Assembly: GCA_963422375.2 (NCBI GenBank)
Contig: OY729428.2
Span: forward strand, 3,168,001 to 3,232,000
DNA from: Bryobacterales bacterium
GTDB lineage: Bacteria > Acidobacteriota > Terriglobia > Bryobacterales > UBA6623
DNA length: 64,000 nucleotides
Direction: 5' to 3'
Shown: in pieces, positions 40,304 to 51,000 of the stretch
Layout: each line of letters begins with the position of its first letter
Numbering within the stretch: position 1 is the first letter of the stretch
Notes under the pieces: generated by a model
Database searches by the model: none
Told to the model about the DNA's origin: nothing
Seen by the model: only the letters and a program-made list of their open reading frames with translations
Position numbers and translations under genes: made by a program

Positions 40304-41634
40304 GGCCCACCCTCCTTGGGCACGGCCGCTCCGACGGCCCGCTCCAAGTCGGCCATCGCCTTGAGGTAGTCGGCGCGTAGTCGCGCGAGGCCGACGCGCA
40401 CGTCCAGGAGCATTCTCCCGGTGTCGAGCAGGCTGATCACTCCGAGCTCGCCGTTGGCATAGGCGTCCTGCGTCGACACCAGCGCCTGCTCCGCCTGAGG
40501 TAAGAGGGCGCTCTCGAAAAGGTCGATCTGCCTCTGGACCGATTCGATGCGGAACGCAGAGGAGCGGATTTCCGCTTCCATCGCATTCTCGGCGCCGCGA
40601 TAGGCATGCCGTGCGGAGGCGAGCTCTTCGGACGCTTCCCGGACTCCCGCGTCGTACTTGCCGCGGAAGATCGGCAGCGACATGCCAAGGGTGACGCCGA
40701 AGACGTCCTTGCCGCTATCGGATACGGGAGGCGACACGAGCGATTCCTCGCGGGCGCGGATGAGGCCCCAAGTCAGGCCCACGGAGAAGTCCGGGCGAAA
40801 CCGGATCCCGGCCAGATGCACCCGCTTCTCGCGCGCCTCGAGACGCAGGAACGCGGCCCTGATCTCGGGCCTCGCAGCACGGCCGATACCGGCGAGTTCA
40901 TCGAATTCGAGGCGCGCCATGGGATGTTCGCCCAGGCGCACCTCCGCGATCGGTGCGTCGGGCGGGCGGGCGCACAGCGCGTTGATCGATGCCTCGAGGT
41001 CAACCCGCTGCCGGAGCAGCCGCTCCCGACCGTTGACTGCTTGGGTGATTTGGGCCTGCAGGCGGACGACGTCGCCCTGCAGGCCGAAGCCCTGCGCGTA
41101 ACGGCTCCGAGCCGTTTCCTCGAAATGCTCCAAGAGATCCTGGTCCTCGCGACTGACAGCGAGGGCGCGGTCGACATAGCCGAGATCGTAGTAGGCGTTC
41201 TTCAACTTGCGAACGACCTCGGCCCGCTCGGCCTGGTAAGTCTCGGCGTGGTAGGCCGCCGCCTTGGACGCTATCTGCTCCTGGGACGCGCGCTTGCCGA
41301 AGCCCGGTATGCGCTGGGAAAGCGAAACCATCGTTCGCTCCGAACCGACCCGCGTCTCGATGGCCCGCGCGAATTGCGTCACCGAAACCGTCGGATCCGG
41401 CAACGCGGACGCCTGCGGCACGCGGTGCGTCGCCGCCCGGTAATCCGCGAAGGCTTGCAGGACCTTGGGATTGCTCTCGAGCGCCTCGTCGATCAACGCC
41501 CGCAGCCGCTCGTCGCCGTGAGTCGCGAAAGTCTGCCCCGCGGCCGCTCCCGCCGTCACGAGAACTGCTGCCAGCTGGCCCAGCGCGGTGCTGATCCGAG
41601 CGCGTGCCTGCATCGCTATCTGATGGTGAACCAT
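40300..41634 (-). CDS. TolC/CusC-family outer-membrane efflux protein
   Basis: EALESNP, ALPDP, RPEI, SLPIF and LERAVG; start trimmed from ORF 40300..42153 (41613 is an alternative). Confidence 0.88.
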   Translation of the reverse strand: MVHHQIAMQARARISTALGQLAAVLVTAGAAAGQTFATHGDERLRALIDEALESNPKVLQAFADYRAATHRVPQASALPDPTVSVTQFARAIETRVGSERTMVSLSQRIPGFGKRASQEQIASKAAAYHAETYQAERAEVVRKLKNAYYDLGYVDRALAVSREDQDLLEHFEETARSRYAQGFGLQGDVVRLQAQITQAVNGRERLLRQRVDLEASINALCARPPDAPIAEVRLGEHPMARLEFDELAGIGRAARPEIRAAFLRLEAREKRVHLAGIRFRPDFSVGLTWGLIRAREESLVSPPVSDSGKDVFGVTLGMSLPIFRGKYDAGVREASEELASARHAYRGAENAMEAEIRSSAFRIESVQRQIDLFESALLPQAEQALVSTQDAYANGELGVISLLDTGRMLLDVRVGLARLRADYLKAMADLERAVGAAVPKEGGP

Positions 41635-42351
41635 GACTGCCGCCCCTGCCTCGCCGAGCGCGTGAGTCGCACGGAACCGCCTGCCGCCGCGACGCACGAG
41701 GGTCAAGCTCCAGCTCCGACTCCGGTCGACAAGCCCTTCCGCAGTATCGCCGAACGCGAGCGAGAGCGCTGTGCCGAAACCCCTCCCGACGGGCGGTCGA
41801 GTTCGCGAGTGCCGGGTGAAGGTTGGCAGGCCGTCCCTGCGGCGCGGTTGCGGCAGCCGGAGAGCAAGCGGCCGCGGATACAGCGCCGAACGAAGCGCGA
41901 AGCCAAGCGCGAGCCAGTACGACCCACGGCGCCGGACCGGCGCGAGCCGCCACCCGCACCCGCCAAGAGAGAGGCTCGCGATCGACGCCGGCGAACGCGG
42001 GGTCGCGGTTCGGATGCCCTCCCCGAGCGGCAGAGCGGACTCAACGGCTCTCGCAGAGGGCCAGCCGGCACCGATTGCGAGGGTCTCGCGAGCGATCGGC
42101 GTCGGGCAGCAGACCGCCGAGGCAGTCCCACGCCGCGGCTTGCTCGAGTTCAAGCAGGGCTCAGCGAAGCGCTTCGCGCGGCGAGGGATCTCGGCCAGTC
42201 CGACGAGCCGCCGCGCCAGCCGGAAATCTCCGCGCGTCTGCCGGACGCCTCCCGCTGCAGTCGCTGGCGGCCGTCGGGCTGCGGAATCGATGTCCGAGCG
42301 GATCGGGCGGTGACTTGCTGAGATACTCTGGGACGCTCGCCGACCCGGCCC

Positions 42352-43569
42352 GTGCTCCGCCCGCCCAGACTCTCGCTAGCCTCTTGGATCGTGATCTCGA
42401 TGCTCGCGGGGCTCGGCATCGGGATGCTGGTCCCGCAGTGGGCCCTACGGATCGAATTCCTCAGCACGCTGTTCCTGCGACTAATTCGATCGATCATCGC
42501 ACCGGTTCTGGTTGGAGTACTGATTCGGGCGGTGGCTGGCGCCGGGAACCTCCGCACGCTCGGTCGGCTGGGCTGGAAATCGGCGATCTGCTTCGAGACA
42601 GCCACCACGGTCGCGCTGCTGCTGGGCTGGTTCACCGTCTCTTCGGCGGTACCAGCCGCGGGTCTCGACCTGCGAGCCGGAACAGTCATCGACCGGCAGC
42701 AACCGCCGGACCTGGCGGAATCGCTCGAGAACGCCGTGCCGACGAGCATCGTGGACGCGCTGGCCCGCGGCGACGTGCTCCAGATCGTGATCTTCTGCTT
42801 CCTGTTCGGAATCGCATGCCTGTCTGTCGGCGACCGAGCCCGCCCGGTGGTGGACCTTGCCGACGCCCTCGCGGAAGTCGCGTTCCGCTACACCGACTAC
42901 GTCATGTACCTTGCACCGCTCGCGGTGCTCTCGGCAGCCGCCAACGCGGTGGCGGGAGAGGGTCCGGGCGCCCTGGAAGGACTGTTCGCTTTCGCGGCCG
43001 CAGCGTGGTTCGCCCAAGCCTTCTTCCTCGTAACCGTGCTGGCGGGAGGCCTGGCGCTCTGCGGTGTCCCGCTCCCGGCTTTCGCCCGCTGCGCTCGCGA
43101 ACCGTTCCTAGTGGGCTTCGCAACCACCTCGAGCGCCGCTGCGCTGCCCCAGACGCTCGAGAACCTCCAGCGCTTCGGCGTGCCCCGCCGGGTTCTCGGC
43201 GTGGTCGCTCCCCTGAGCCTCAGCTTTAATCTGAACGGCAGCACGATCCACTTGGCCATGGCGACGCTGTTCGTCGCGCGGGCCGCTGGGATCCCCCTGC
43301 CGTGGGAGCAGCAGGTCATCATCCTGCTTACGCTGAAGCTGACGAGCAAGGGCGTTGCGGGCGTGCCGCGAGCCAATTTCGTGATCCTCGCGGCCGTGTT
43401 CGAGGCCCACGGGCTGCCGATGGAAGGACTCGGCGTTCTTCTCGGAATCGACGCCCTGATCGATCCCATCCGCACCAGCGTCAACGTGGCGAGCCACTGC
43501 GCGGCGCCGGCGGTGGTCGCGCGCTGGGAGGGCACGCGCCTCCCAGCGCGTCAGGAAGCCCGCGGTTGA
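42352..43569 (+). CDS. Dicarboxylate/amino acid:cation symporter (GltP/DctA family)
   Basis: FLRLIRSIIAP, TTSSAAALP, FNLNGS, SKGVAGVP and RTSVNV. Confidence 0.93.
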   Translation: MLRPPRLSLASWIVISMLAGLGIGMLVPQWALRIEFLSTLFLRLIRSIIAPVLVGVLIRAVAGAGNLRTLGRLGWKSAICFETATTVALLLGWFTVSSAVPAAGLDLRAGTVIDRQQPPDLAESLENAVPTSIVDALARGDVLQIVIFCFLFGIACLSVGDRARPVVDLADALAEVAFRYTDYVMYLAPLAVLSAAANAVAGEGPGALEGLFAFAAAAWFAQAFFLVTVLAGGLALCGVPLPAFARCAREPFLVGFATTSSAAALPQTLENLQRFGVPRRVLGVVAPLSLSFNLNGSTIHLAMATLFVARAAGIPLPWEQQVIILLTLKLTSKGVAGVPRANFVILAAVFEAHGLPMEGLGVLLGIDALIDPIRTSVNVASHCAAPAVVARWEGTRLPARQEARG

Positions 43570-43600
43570 GCCCGCTCGCGGCCCGGGCTCGGCGCGAGGC

Positions 43601-45061
43601 TCACTGCTTCATCCACTGCTGCCGACGCGGCCACCGCGGGCCGTCCTCAAAGAATCTCACCCCGCTGCCGATCCGGTCGTAGTCGCCGAGTTCCGCCCGA
43701 GCCTCGTCAGCGAGCGCGGCCAGGCGCCGGACGACGCCCGGATTCTGCTCGGCGACGTTTTCCGTCTCGCCGATATCGGTCTCGAGGTTGTAGAGCGCGA
43801 GTTCCGTGACGGGCTCGAGAAGTTCTCCGAGGAAGGCCCCGCCCTTCGAGAGCAGCCACTCCGACTCGTTGCGACCGGGCCGAGGAAACACGAGCTTCCA
43901 AGGGCCGCTGCGGACGGCGTCAAGATGCGTTTCGCGGTAGTAGTAGAACGCCTCGTGAGGGCTGGCCGCCCCGGGATCTCCCTTCATCAGAGACGAGATG
44001 TCGCGTCCATCGACGACACGGTCCGCTGGCAGTTCCGCTCCGGCCATCGCGATGAACGTCGGGAGCAAGTCCATCGTCGTCGCGACCTCTCGGGTGACCG
44101 CGCCCGCCGCCACATGGCCCGGCCCCCACATGACGGTCGGCACCCTGATTCCCCCCTCCCATGTCGTGGCCTTGGCTCCTCTCAGCGGACCGGACGAACC
44201 GGCATGCTCGGCAATCGCGGCGGTGTAGCGGGGCAGCGAGTGATTGCTCCACGGGCCGTTGTCCGACGTGTAGACGACGATGGTGTTCCGATCGAGCTCC
44301 AGTTCTACGAGCAGATCGACGATTTCGCCCGTGCTGGCGTCGAGTTCCTCGATCACGTCTCCGTACAAGCCGCGCTCGGAACGCCCCTCGAAAGGCTCGG
44401 TCACGCCGAGGACCACGTGCGCCATCGTGTGCGCGATGTAGAGGAAGAACGGCCTGTCCCGGTTGGTCCGGACGAACTGCAGCGCCTCGTCCGTGTAGCG
44501 CCGCGTGAGATCGTCAACTCCGGCCGACTCCTGAATCCGCTCTTCGTTCCGGTAGACCCAGTGGACCTCGCCGCTGTCATTCGCGCCGACGACGCCGAAC
44601 CAGTAGTCGAAGCCGCGACGGACCGGGTTGAGAACCGGCTTGAAGCCGGCGCGGCGCTTCGTGATGTCTACCTTCCCGATCATGCCCGTCGCGTAACCCG
44701 CCTCCTGCAGCACCCGGGGCAGCAGGATTTCCTTCTCGTGGACGTAAGGGAAGCTGTTCTTCTCATTGCCGTACTCGGCGACGCGGATGGGGTAGCACCC
44801 CGTGAGCAGCGCCGTGCGCGAGGGACCGCACACAGGCTGGGCGTAGAAGTCGGTGAACTTGATGCCCTCGCTGGCCATCCGGTCGATGCGAGGCGTCTCG
44901 AAGTCGGTGGCGCCGAAGACGCCGAGGTCGCCGTATCCCTGGTCGTCGGCGAACACGATGATGAAGTTGGGGCGTTGCGATGGCTTGCTCTCGGGCGCGG
45001 TCGAGCAGCGAAGGGCTGCGATCACAAGCACGAACGCAAGAATAGTCCGCTGCAAGGGCAA
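43601..45061 (-). CDS. Arylsulfatase-like sulfatase, probable lipoprotein
   Basis: ADDQGYGD, CGPSRTALLTG, SDNGP and GAKATTWEGG; GGGAGG 8 nt before TTG 45061. Confidence 0.93.
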   Translation of the reverse strand: MPLQRTILAFVLVIAALRCSTAPESKPSQRPNFIIVFADDQGYGDLGVFGATDFETPRIDRMASEGIKFTDFYAQPVCGPSRTALLTGCYPIRVAEYGNEKNSFPYVHEKEILLPRVLQEAGYATGMIGKVDITKRRAGFKPVLNPVRRGFDYWFGVVGANDSGEVHWVYRNEERIQESAGVDDLTRRYTDEALQFVRTNRDRPFFLYIAHTMAHVVLGVTEPFEGRSERGLYGDVIEELDASTGEIVDLLVELELDRNTIVVYTSDNGPWSNHSLPRYTAAIAEHAGSSGPLRGAKATTWEGGIRVPTVMWGPGHVAAGAVTREVATTMDLLPTFIAMAGAELPADRVVDGRDISSLMKGDPGAASPHEAFYYYRETHLDAVRSGPWKLVFPRPGRNESEWLLSKGGAFLGELLEPVTELALYNLETDIGETENVAEQNPGVVRRLAALADEARAELGDYDRIGSGVRFFEDGPRWPRRQQWMKQ

Positions 45062-45609
45062 GTGGCGGTCCTCCCAAGGGCTGGTGCCCGTGCCAGTGTA
45101 CCGACCGAGCGGATCGCCGAGCCGGGCCCGGACAGATCGCCATTCCAATCGATGCGACGTCGGCCGCCAATTCCGTTTCCGCGGATGTCGGTGCCTCTGC
45201 CGCTTGCTCTCCAAGGCCCTAGCCGAGAAGCCGCGCCGATCGCGACGCCTCGACTTGCCGAGGATTGCATCGGGAAGGCAAGCCGGCGCAGCTCTCTCCT
45301 TCGAGGCGGAACCCGCCCTTACGTGCCGCGGCTTCCCGCCATCTCGCTCCGGTTGCCGGCGTCGCGGCTGACCGACCGGGACGCGCGGCTCCCCGCCGAC
45401 TGCGAGGGGTTCGCGTGCGCGTGTGGCGGGGACGACTGCCTTGGTCGCCCGCAGGCTACGGTGGCGCGCAGCAGCTGACCGGACCAAACTCCAACGGGAC
45501 GGTCACGACCTAGCGACCGGTCGATGCGGCGGCACAGCGGACCGCCGGTCGGGCCGCGGCAGCGCCTGATCGCGATGCTCCGCACCTCATCGCCTGCTAC
45601 AACGGAGGC

Positions 45610-48039
45610 ATGTCCGAACGCTCGCTCCGAACGCTGTTGCTGCTGACGGCGAGCGCAGCCGCCTCCGGATGCTCCGGCGCGGGAGACCCCGCTGCTCCCG
45701 TGGAAGTGCAGGCCGCCGGTCCGCGGTCCCCGAACCCCACTCCTTCGCCTTGGATCACCGCGGTCGTTCCCCATGTCGGATTCAACGACGAGCCCGCCTT
45801 GGCGTTGAGCGAGTCCGGCGACGTTTTCGCCGGATGGATCAGCTTCCGCGAGGGCTCGGACACCCTAGCGGTGGCCGTCTACTCCCATGAAGGGGACCGG
45901 TTCTCCAAGCGGGGCGAGTGGGCGGTCCTTGACGGTCCCGGGACGCACTTGCTCGGCTTGAAGGCAGTCCAAGCAGGCCCGTCGGTGTACTTCGTGTTCG
46001 CGCGGGAAGTGCGCGGCAACTGGGACGTGTTCGCGGTAAAGGCCGACCGCGACGGACCGGACAGGCCGGTGCGCGTTGCCACAGGGCCGGAGACGCAGAT
46101 CAAGCCGGACGCGGCTTGGCGTGACGGCACGCTCTTCGTCACGTGGGAAAGCAACTCGAGTTCGGAGCGGCACGTCCATCTGGCCACCCTCCGGGACGGC
46201 GCCGCGACAGCTCCCCAGCCCGTCAGCGAGGAGGGCCCGTCGAACTACGGGCCGACGGTGGCCGTGGCCGACAACGGCCGCGTCTCGGTCGCATGGCACT
46301 CCTACCGAGACCACAACTACGACATCTATCTCCGGGAACTGTCGGCCGAGGGGACTTGGGAGCCGGAGCGACGGCTGACCGCCTCCCCCGGAATCGACCG
46401 GCACGCGGACCTGCTGACGCGCGGCGACGAGCTCTGGATGCTCTACGAGCGCGCCCGCATGGAAGAGTACTACGTGGGAAGGACCGACGAACGCCACCTG
46501 GTCGCGGCGAGAGTCTCGGACGGCGGACTGGAGGCTCCCTCGGATTACTGGACCTCGCCGCTGGCCAGGAATCGGTCCGAAGCGGGCGCGGCGGCGTTCG
46601 ACTCGCAGGGGCGCCTGTGGATCTCCTACCTGCAGCCGCGGGAGCCGCGCGGAGGCTGGTCGGTGCGGGTGGTCGGATATACCGGTTCGGAGTGGGTCGG
46701 CCCGCGAGGCCTGTCCCAGCGGCGCTCCATGGACCGGCCCGCGCCCGTCGCGCTCAAGGGCGACCGGCTCCTACTGGCATTCCAAGCCGACAGCTTCTCG
46801 GACTCGTGGTCGCAATCGGACCCGGATTTCACCGACAACGCCCGTTCCCAAGTGCTGCTCGCATCCCTCGACACCGGCCAGGCTCCGCCTGCCGCATCGT
46901 CGATGCGCCTCGCGCAACTCGACGAGCCGGACAGGCCGTTCGACCCGGCAACCCTGCACGACAGATTCGGCGAGGACGCCGAATCCGCCTCCATCGAATA
47001 CAACGGCGAGACGCTCCACCTGTACTACGGCGAATTGCACGAGCATTCGGACATTTCGATCTGCAATCGCTGCGGCGACCAGTCGCTTGACGAGAATTAC
47101 CAGTGCCGCCGCGATATCAACCGGCTCGACTTCGTCGCCATGACCGATCACGGGTACAACATCGTCCCCTACCTGTGGAACTACTCCGCCAAGCTCGTTC
47201 GCGCCAACCATGACCCCGGGCGGCTGGTGACCTTCCTAGGAGAGGAGTGGACCTCGAGCTTCGAGGACTACGACCAAGACCGCCCGTGGGGCTACTACGG
47301 TCACCGCAACCTGATCTTTGCCGATCCTTACTTCCCGAAGTGGTGGACCGCCTACAACGGTGACTCGCCGTCCGAGCTGTGGAGCGAGTTGCGCCGGATG
47401 AAGGCGGACTTCGTGCAGATCCCGCACCAGCTGGCCGACACTGGAAACGTCCCGGTCGACTGGGATTACGCCGACGAGGAAGCCCAGCCCGTCGCCGAGA
47501 TATTCCAGACTCGGGGATCGTACGAATACGCGGGCGCGCCCCGCCACGCCGGCAACGCGACCGGCGAGGCGGGCAACTACATCCGGGACGCCTGGGCACG
47601 CGGGCTCAGGATCGGGGTGATCGCGAGCCCGGACCACGGGGGCGGTCTCGGCAAGGCAGCCGTCTGGGCGCGCTCGAAATCGCGCGCAGCGATCTTGGAA
47701 GCGATCCGCGAGCGCCGGACCTTCGGTACGACCGCAGCGCGCGTCTGGATGGACTTCCGCGTCGACGGACACCTGATGGGCGAGGCCGCGGATCCCGGCA
47801 AGGGCCCGGTGGAGATCACGGCGGAAGTGCGGTCGCCCCAGCCCATCGACAAGCTCGAGATCTGCCGCAACAACGAATTCGTGTACGCGGCGTCGCCGGG
47901 ATCGACGAGGGCCTCTGTCGAATTCGTCGACACGGATCCCCTCGCCGGCCCCAGTTACTACTACCTGCGCGTGATCCAGACCGACGGGGAGGTCGCGTGG
48001 TCGAGCCCCGTGTGGCTCGAGCGCCGACCCGCGGGCTGA
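45610..48039 (+). CDS. Lipoprotein with beta-rich N-terminus and C-terminal PHP-like DUF3604/CehA-McbA domain
   Basis: Lipobox ASGC; GELHEHS, MTDH, GEEWT, GHRN, IPH, SPDH and WSSPVW. Confidence 0.85.
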   Translation: MSERSLRTLLLLTASAAASGCSGAGDPAAPVEVQAAGPRSPNPTPSPWITAVVPHVGFNDEPALALSESGDVFAGWISFREGSDTLAVAVYSHEGDRFSKRGEWAVLDGPGTHLLGLKAVQAGPSVYFVFAREVRGNWDVFAVKADRDGPDRPVRVATGPETQIKPDAAWRDGTLFVTWESNSSSERHVHLATLRDGAATAPQPVSEEGPSNYGPTVAVADNGRVSVAWHSYRDHNYDIYLRELSAEGTWEPERRLTASPGIDRHADLLTRGDELWMLYERARMEEYYVGRTDERHLVAARVSDGGLEAPSDYWTSPLARNRSEAGAAAFDSQGRLWISYLQPREPRGGWSVRVVGYTGSEWVGPRGLSQRRSMDRPAPVALKGDRLLLAFQADSFSDSWSQSDPDFTDNARSQVLLASLDTGQAPPAASSMRLAQLDEPDRPFDPATLHDRFGEDAESASIEYNGETLHLYYGELHEHSDISICNRCGDQSLDENYQCRRDINRLDFVAMTDHGYNIVPYLWNYSAKLVRANHDPGRLVTFLGEEWTSSFEDYDQDRPWGYYGHRNLIFADPYFPKWWTAYNGDSPSELWSELRRMKADFVQIPHQLADTGNVPVDWDYADEEAQPVAEIFQTRGSYEYAGAPRHAGNATGEAGNYIRDAWARGLRIGVIASPDHGGGLGKAAVWARSKSRAAILEAIRERRTFGTTAARVWMDFRVDGHLMGEAADPGKGPVEITAEVRSPQPIDKLEICRNNEFVYAASPGSTRASVEFVDTDPLAGPSYYYLRVIQTDGEVAWSSPVWLERRPAG

Positions 48040-48048
48040 GACCGGCGT

Positions 48049-50556
48049 TCAGTCGGACCGGGGCGAGGTCATCAGGGGGTGCCCCAGCGTGTCCCCGTTC
48101 GCCTCGAATCCGTCGCGGTCGACGTCCACGAAGATCGGGTTGGTGTACGCGACCGGATGCATCTCCCCGTAGGGATTCAACCCCCAGCCGCGCTTGAGGT
48201 CCGAGCCCTCGCCGATCGCCACGACGATCAAGTGGGCGTCCCGCTGCAGCGCCACGCGAATCGTCTCGTCGAAATTCAGGACGCCTTCGGAAAACAAGCC
48301 GGGATGCTCGCTCCTGCGGAAGTCGTACTGCTCCGGCTGCCGCCCGTTGACGAGGACTTGCACGCGATCGACCTTCAGCCAGTTCGGGGTCTGGACCCGG
48401 ACATTCAAGTCCACGAAACCCTCGCCGATCACCGTCGATCCGATCGGCAGGCCGTCCGCCGTCGTCACCTCGAGGAACGGACCGTTGGTGATCATCATGC
48501 GCCCGGCCTTCGCGTTGCGGATGATCTCCTCGTGATCCACGTCGGCGGGGCTGTCGGCGGAGCTGGGCACGTAGGTCCGCCAGCCGCCGACGCCGTTGTC
48601 GAAGATCCGGTGCGCGTCGCTGACCGCGACGCACCAGACCCGGCGGCCCTGATTGAGCAGCTGCAGCCAGCCGAAGGTGCGGTTGGGCCCGCTCCGCGTG
48701 CTGTAGGCGGGATTCAGGTTGAGAATCTCGGCGCTCCAAACCTCCGCCGCGTCAATGAGTTGCTCCAGGCCCACGAAGCCTCCGTCTTCGATGCCGTCCC
48801 GGTTCCGGTCGAAGAACACGCTCCCGACATCGGGGTGGTTCGCCTGCACCCAGCGGTCGGGCCCGCCGCCAAATTGGCCCACCCTCCCGCGCGCGTTCGC
48901 GCCCGGATCGATCCTGGAGCCGCCCAGCAGGGTCGGCGTGGCCCAGTTGCGCAGCGTGATCGCGTTGATGCGCGGGTCGAAGTGCCACAGCGGCGCGCCG
49001 CCGTTCTGAGCCAGCGGGTCGGGCTCGTGCGGGAACGAATTGAAGTGCTGGCCGCTGCCGGTGAGCTCGATGCCCGGCACGGTCTTGAGGCGGGAGGCCA
49101 GGCCGAGAGCCTCGATCCAAGGCGTCCAGTCGTAGAGCCGCTGGTGCTCGGTCGTCGGGGCAAACTCGACGTGCTCGGCCGCGAAGTTGATGATGCGGTC
49201 CCGCGTGCTGCAATAGTTGTCGCCGCTGGGCGTCGAGTGGGCGTGGAAGTCGGTGCTGATCCAGCCCGCCGTGTCAACCGTGCGCTCAAGCGCCACTTCG
49301 ACCGCAACGGTCTCGCCGCTCCCCACATCGACGCGCCTCTCGACTAGATCGTGCTCGGGCCCCAGCGTCACCCGCAGCAGGTAGCTGCCGGGGGGAACCT
49401 GCTGCATCGCCCGACCGTCGTGCGTCTGGTACTGATGGTTGCCGCCGTGCGCGCGATAGTCCGTGCCGAAATTCGGCGTCTCCGTGCCGTCCACGCCGAT
49501 GAACTGGACCTTGCCCGGAGAGGCGGCGCCGTCGGCGTCGCGAATCGAGACGCTGACCGCGGAGGCCGCGGGCACTTCCAAGTCGAGGCGCTCGGTCCTG
49601 CCGCGCCGGACGGCGATTTGGCGCTCGACCGGATCCCGGCCGATGTCCTCGAAGCGAGCCGGGTAGCTGCCAACCGGCAGCCGGAAGTCGATGCGGCCGT
49701 CCGCGTCCGGATACTGCCGCACCCACTCCCCGTCCAGAGAGACCTGCAGGGAGCCGTGTACGGCGGGCTGGCCGCGGCCGTCCTTGACGGTCCCGGAGAC
49801 TTCGCCGGTCGGGCCCCGTTGCGACGCCAGGACGCCGAAGGCAGCTAGGGGCGAGTCGGCGACGGCAACTCGCACCGCGATCGTCCTCTCCTCGCCGGGC
49901 TGCAGCACCGCCTCGCTCGGAATGGCGACCCCGTCCGCCGGGGCGACGGCGTACGCCCGCTTGTCAAAGGGATCGACGCTGTCCCCGAGCAGCACGCCAT
50001 GCACGGACTGCTCGCTCTCGAGTCCCTTCCAGACCGGAGCCGGCGTGATCGGGACGGGAACTTGCGACTCGTTACGGAACGTCGAGGTGACGAGCAGATA
50101 CTGCCAGCCGGGCTCTAGCCTGTACTCGTGGCGGGTGTGCAGGCCATCGCCCATGGCAGCCGTACGAACCGCCTCCACCACCGCCGCGCCGGACGAGCCG
50201 TCCTCGACGACAGCCACGCGGGACAGATAGCCTCTCTCGGCTCCGGGCCGGAGGACGGTGAGCTGGTCGTTCCCTGCGCCGCGCAGGTCGAAGTCATACA
50301 GGCAGCCCTGCAGGACGGAGGCGTACTCGGTCGTCATGTTGGCCCGGCGGAACGGCTGCGCGCCTGACACCACCCCGCTGACCTGGCCGTTGCGCAGTAC
50401 GAAGTCGCCCGGCAAGCCGTCAGCCTCCTTGCCGGATGGCATTTCGCCAACTGAATGGCGGCTGACCTCAAAGGCCTCGGCTTGGTCGCGCTGGGCCGTC
50501 AGCCCCCAAGCCAGCAGCATCACGAACGCAGCGGCTAGGGCTGTGCGAACTCGCAT
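48049..50556 (-). CDS. Secreted CehA/McbA-family (PHP-like) metallohydrolase
   Basis: TDFHAHS, TEH, GIE, GQHFN, ANHP, SDAH, TNGP and TNPIFVD; AGGAGG 6 nt before ATG 50556. Confidence 0.88.
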   Translation of the reverse strand: MRVRTALAAAFVMLLAWGLTAQRDQAEAFEVSRHSVGEMPSGKEADGLPGDFVLRNGQVSGVVSGAQPFRRANMTTEYASVLQGCLYDFDLRGAGNDQLTVLRPGAERGYLSRVAVVEDGSSGAAVVEAVRTAAMGDGLHTRHEYRLEPGWQYLLVTSTFRNESQVPVPITPAPVWKGLESEQSVHGVLLGDSVDPFDKRAYAVAPADGVAIPSEAVLQPGEERTIAVRVAVADSPLAAFGVLASQRGPTGEVSGTVKDGRGQPAVHGSLQVSLDGEWVRQYPDADGRIDFRLPVGSYPARFEDIGRDPVERQIAVRRGRTERLDLEVPAASAVSVSIRDADGAASPGKVQFIGVDGTETPNFGTDYRAHGGNHQYQTHDGRAMQQVPPGSYLLRVTLGPEHDLVERRVDVGSGETVAVEVALERTVDTAGWISTDFHAHSTPSGDNYCSTRDRIINFAAEHVEFAPTTEHQRLYDWTPWIEALGLASRLKTVPGIELTGSGQHFNSFPHEPDPLAQNGGAPLWHFDPRINAITLRNWATPTLLGGSRIDPGANARGRVGQFGGGPDRWVQANHPDVGSVFFDRNRDGIEDGGFVGLEQLIDAAEVWSAEILNLNPAYSTRSGPNRTFGWLQLLNQGRRVWCVAVSDAHRIFDNGVGGWRTYVPSSADSPADVDHEEIIRNAKAGRMMITNGPFLEVTTADGLPIGSTVIGEGFVDLNVRVQTPNWLKVDRVQVLVNGRQPEQYDFRRSEHPGLFSEGVLNFDETIRVALQRDAHLIVVAIGEGSDLKRGWGLNPYGEMHPVAYTNPIFVDVDRDGFEANGDTLGHPLMTSPRSD

Positions 50557-51000
50557 GGTCATCCTCCTTCGGCGAGGGCAACGATCATCGTATTCCGTGT
50601 CCTCGCACGCGCGGCCGCGGGCCTGGTCGGACATGCCGCTGGCCATCCGCGTCGGGCTCACGGGCGTCGACCGGCATCCGGCACAGGTCACGAACGTCCC
50701 CTCAAGCATGCATGTTCCGGCCGGCGCAGGCAAGGGAAACACAACATGTAGCAGTCTCGGTCAAGAATACGGATGGCCGCTGAGGCGGCGACCCCGCACC
50801 GAAGCCACCGGTCGCCCCGTGGCCCGTCACTCCATCCCGCGAATGCCGGGCGGGCGGCGCCCGCGGTCATGCGCAAGGCGGCCTCCGCACGCAAGATGCG
50901 CCGCCGCTATCGGCAGGGGCCGATGCGCGTCACCGCCCCCTGACGGCCTTCATCGGCCGGAGTCCGCGTTCGGTCTCGGCTCCGTCGGACAAGAGGATCC

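Noticed and set aside
41635..42153. N-terminal extension of TolC, and similar extensions at 9287-9634, 45062-45487 and 13098-13307
   Set aside because: Low-complexity Arg/Ala/Pro sequence ahead of signal peptides; open-frame artefacts of high GC
5684..49347. Long antisense or off-frame ORFs (for example 5684-7408, 7631-9181, 25155-27011, 36996-38846, 43925-45478)
   Set aside because: Shadow ORFs overlapping well-supported genes, with no recognisable motifs
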